Shown here piece after piece: positions 37,692 through 40,495 of a stretch of DNA of 40,495 bases. The first letter of the stretch is position 1, and each line of letters starts with the position of its first letter. The DNA lies in NCBI GenBank assembly GCA_946629205.1, contig CAMOXP010000001.1, positions 1-40,495 of the forward strand. The letters are read 5' to 3'. Source of the stretch: an uncultured Bacillota bacterium. Its GTDB lineage: Bacteria > Bacillota > Clostridia > Peptostreptococcales > Anaerovoracaceae. Under the pieces are notes generated by a model that was not told the DNA's origin, did no database searches, and saw nothing but the letters and a program-made list of their open reading frames with translations. The position numbers were made by a program, and so were the translations under genes.

Positions 37692-40223
37692 TTAAAGTCT
37701 GAAGGTGTCGTCCTGTTCTCTGGGTTCTTCTTTTTTCTGAGCACCCTTGACGTAACGCTTGGAACGTTTCTTGTTGGCCTCTTTCTTCCTGTTGGCGGTC
37801 GTGTCCGCAGGTTTTGAAGGCTTCTGGGCAGGCGCTTCTCCGGCAGCCTCCGTTACTTTTGTCTCAGCTGCTTTTGCCTCAGCCGCTTCCGCTTCTGCAG
37901 CTTCTGCTGCCTTTGCTTCTGCTTCAGCAACCTGTTCTTCTGCCTTCGGAGCTTCTATTTTCTTAGGCACATAAGGTTTGCCCTCTTTCTTCGCCTTCTT
38001 TTTCGCTTTCTTTTCGGCTTCCTTGATTTGCTTCTGATACTCCGTCGTCCTGCCTCTTCTGCCGAGCTCATAGAATATCGGTGAGCAGACGCAGATGGAA
38101 GAGTACGTTCCGGCCAGTACGCCGACCATCAGCGGGAATACGAACTCGCGGATGGCGTCTCCGGCGATGATGACGATCGGTACCATGACGATCAATGTCG
38201 TCAGGGATGTCATCATGGAACGTCCCAATGTCTGGGTAATACTCTGATCGATGGTCTCCATCAGTGTTCCCCTCTTCATATACCGGACATTTTCTCGGAT
38301 ACGGTCGAATATTACGATGGTATCGTTGATCGAGTAACCGACTACTGTCAGGATACCGGCGATGAACGGGTTGTCTACAGTGACGCCGAAGATGGCGTAG
38401 AAGGATATAACGATCAGTACGTCATGCAGTACGCCCAGCATCGCGGCGCCGCCGAACTTCCATTCACGGAACCGGATCCGGATGTAGACCATCATACACA
38501 AAGCAGATATGATGATCGCAAGGATAGCGTTGTTCCGCAGTTCCTTACCAACGGACGGACCGAAATATTCTTGTGTGACAACGTTGTCGTCGCCCTTGAT
38601 CCCAAATTCCTCATTGACTGCATTGATTACTTCAGCTCTGTGCGCCTTATCCAGTGATTCGATCGTCCTGATAACGATCTGATCATTATCCTGACCTGCG
38701 TATATGATCTGCGGATCGAGGTCGAACTGCTTGACAGCATCTTCCACTTGGGAAATCTTGACCTGCTTGCCCATATCCAGCTGGATCATAGTACCGCCAG
38801 TGAAGTCGATACCGTAGTTCAGGCCGCGGATCATGCCGAACGCCAGACCGATGATCAGAATGCCGGCTGAAATGCAGTAGAATATCTTACGCTTGTCCAT
38901 GAAATGGATGATATTTGTAAGGTGGAAGGATGCAGTTCCGTCCTTCTTGATGCCAAAGAAGGATTTCTTCGCGAACTTGTCGCTTCCGGCCATCAGTTTC
39001 ACATAGAGCTGTGTGATGAAAACAGCTGTGAAAATGCTGACGATGATACCAACCATGAATGTGTATGCAAAGCCTTTTACAGCGCTGGTTCCGATCTCGT
39101 ATAGGATGACTGCCGCGATCAGCGTTGTGACCTGAGAGTCGATGACCGTAGTCATAGCTCTCTTAGAACCCGTCTCGGTGGCCACGCGTACCGTGCGTCC
39201 CAGCACGATTTCCTCACGGATACGGGAGAATATGACGACGTTGGCGTCTACCGCCATACCGATGGAAATGATGATACCGGCGATGCCCGGCAGTGTCAGG
39301 ACGGTTCCCATTGACGCCATGATGTTCAGAATCAGCACAACATACAGCAGCAGTGCGATGTCCGCGCAAAAGCCTAATCCCCTGTATATGAACACCATGA
39401 GGAGAAGGATGATCGCCAGACCGATCAGTCCGCCGATAATGCTCATTTCCAAAGCATTGTATCCGATCGTTGCGGACTGAACCGAGGACGTCACCTCTGT
39501 CAGGCCGATCGGCAGCGCGCCGCCGTTGATCTGTGCAGCGAGAAGCTGTGCTTCCTCCTGAGTGAAATCACCTGTGATCGTGCAGCTTCCGCCCAGGATC
39601 GGTTCGTTTACGTTCGGTGCAGAAATGATCTGATCATCAAGCACGATGGCAATGGCGCCGTTTCCCACGCCTTCCATCGTGGATGTAACTTCGCCGTTAA
39701 ACGCTTTTGTAGTCGCTTCTCCAAAGGCGTCCGCGCCCTGTCTGTCAAACTGCAGGTTGACCGCGTATCCTGTTGACTGGTCGTCTCTGGCAGCCTCCGC
39801 CTTCTTAACATTGCTTCCCTCAAGTACGACCGTACCGTCTGCCAGCTTAAACTCCAGCTTGGCCGTCTTGCCGATCAGTTCGATAGCTTCTTCGGGATCT
39901 TCAACTTCAGGGATTTCAACTCTGAGTCTGTTCTGTCCTTCGATGGTGATGGTTGGCTCTCCCAGACCATTGGCGTTGATACGATTTTCGATAACTGTCT
40001 GCGTCTGCTCCATGGCTTCACGAAGCTCCTCATCAGACATGTTCTCGATATCTTCTTTATTCGCCTCCATTACGACATATACGCCGCCCTTGATATCAAG
40101 ACCAAGACTCATTCTGTCCTTCAGCGGAGTGATCGGGCCAATGCCTGTGACAGTCACAAGCCATCCGAATACAACGCACAGGGCAATAAACACAGCTAAA
40201 ATTTTCCTGAAAGTGTAATTCAT
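37692..40223 (-). CDS. secDF: Fused protein translocase SecDF
   Basis: SecD part: LGLDIKGG, TLPGIAG, GMAVDANV. SecF part: GIDFTGG, GYSINDTIVIFDRIRE. Long charged C-terminal tail. Confidence 0.95.
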   Translation of the reverse strand: MNYTFRKILAVFIALCVVFGWLVTVTGIGPITPLKDRMSLGLDIKGGVYVVMEANKEDIENMSDEELREAMEQTQTVIENRINANGLGEPTITIEGQNRLRVEIPEVEDPEEAIELIGKTAKLEFKLADGTVVLEGSNVKKAEAARDDQSTGYAVNLQFDRQGADAFGEATTKAFNGEVTSTMEGVGNGAIAIVLDDQIISAPNVNEPILGGSCTITGDFTQEEAQLLAAQINGGALPIGLTEVTSSVQSATIGYNALEMSIIGGLIGLAIILLLMVFIYRGLGFCADIALLLYVVLILNIMASMGTVLTLPGIAGIIISIGMAVDANVVIFSRIREEIVLGRTVRVATETGSKRAMTTVIDSQVTTLIAAVILYEIGTSAVKGFAYTFMVGIIVSIFTAVFITQLYVKLMAGSDKFAKKSFFGIKKDGTASFHLTNIIHFMDKRKIFYCISAGILIIGLAFGMIRGLNYGIDFTGGTMIQLDMGKQVKISQVEDAVKQFDLDPQIIYAGQDNDQIVIRTIESLDKAHRAEVINAVNEEFGIKGDDNVVTQEYFGPSVGKELRNNAILAIIISALCMMVYIRIRFREWKFGGAAMLGVLHDVLIVISFYAIFGVTVDNPFIAGILTVVGYSINDTIVIFDRIRENVRYMKRGTLMETIDQSITQTLGRSMMTSLTTLIVMVPIVIIAGDAIREFVFPLMVGVLAGTYSSICVCSPIFYELGRRGRTTEYQKQIKEAEKKAKKKAKKEGKPYVPKKIEAPKAEEQVAEAEAKAAEAAEAEAAEAKAAETKVTEAAGEAPAQKPSKPADTTANRKKEANKKRSKRYVKGAQKKEEPREQDDTFRL

Positions 40224-40271
40224 CTGTTCCTCCGGTTTTTAAAAATAAAATTCCATTTAATCATTCATAGT

Positions 40272-40300
40272 ATTATACAATTTTTTACTATCCCAAACAA
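40272..40300 (-). promoter_or_regulatory. Probable sigma-A promoter of secDF: TTGTTT-N17-TATAAT
   Basis: Minus strand: -35 TTGTTT (40300-40295), -10 TATAAT (40277-40272). Confidence 0.55.
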
Positions 40301-40364
40301 GCCTTAAAGCCTTGATTTTTCAGTAAAAAATCCCGTTTTTGTATCATGTGTTGACTTATGTATT

Positions 40365-40398
40365 TAAATGCAAACACCGCGCTGAATACAGCGCGGCG
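40365..40398 (-). terminator. Probable intrinsic terminator
   Basis: Perfect 8-bp GC-rich stem CCGCGCTG-N4-CAGCGCGG (40377-40396), followed on the minus strand by an imperfect U tract (TGTTTGCATTT). Confidence 0.65.
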
Positions 40399-40440
40399 AT
40401 CGTCATTGATCTGAAACGTTCCGACTCGTTTTCCAAAGAA

Positions 40441-40495
40441 TTATTCAGCAGTTTCTTCAGCGACTTCTTCGGCAACCTTCTCTGCTTCTTCAGCA
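40441..40495 (-). CDS. 3' end of a gene cut by the window edge (...AEEAEKVAEEVAEETAE*); yajC is only a synteny guess
   Basis: Open Glu/Ala-rich frame ending at TAA 40443-40441, followed by the terminator hairpin. Confidence 0.55.
   Translation of the reverse strand, partial: AEEAEKVAEEVAEETAE

Noticed and set aside
40339-40369. TTATGTATTTA resembles a XerD arm
   Set aside because: No matching left arm ending in TAA/GAA at 6-bp spacing; lies in AT-rich promoter/terminator DNA.
1-40495. CRISPR array, tRNA/rRNA, frameshifted or recoded genes
   Set aside because: No intergenic space or repeat-spacer pattern; all recognised proteins appear full-length with catalytic motifs in a single frame.

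Overview
A dense block of 35 intact genes, plus the 3' end of one more, all on the minus strand. Gene content and order point to a clostridial Firmicute chromosome (inference; about 50% GC by eye). In transcription order: secDF-rel-dtd-MBL hydrolase-hemZ-hisS-aspS-nadD-yqeK-rsfS-leuS-rnj-ylbF | efp-mltG-trmR-trhP(U32)-CNNM/CorC-asp23-nusB-TsaD/Kae1 paralogue-xseA-xseB-ispA-dxs-tlyA-PLP aminotransferase-mutS-mutL-miaA-Xer-like tyrosine recombinase-secreted GLUG-repeat protein-ynbB-DedA/VTT | SOS-boxed yneA-like LysM gene. I see no rRNA, tRNA, CRISPR array, IS element or prophage. Most of the window is ordinary housekeeping DNA. The points worth follow-up are: (i) a lone Xer-type recombinase directly after miaA, tightly coupled to an uncharacterised secreted GLUG protein, with a dif-like TAA-N6-TTA palindrome and nested repeats about 4 kb downstream; (ii) three LexA boxes over the yneA promoter with no divergent lexA; (iii) twin compensating hairpins covering the RNase J ribosome-binding site; (iv) an uncharacterised TsaD paralogue; (v) absence of T-box leaders, hfq and sporulation genes from their usual positions. 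None of these is shown to be a new system; all are testable hypotheses.
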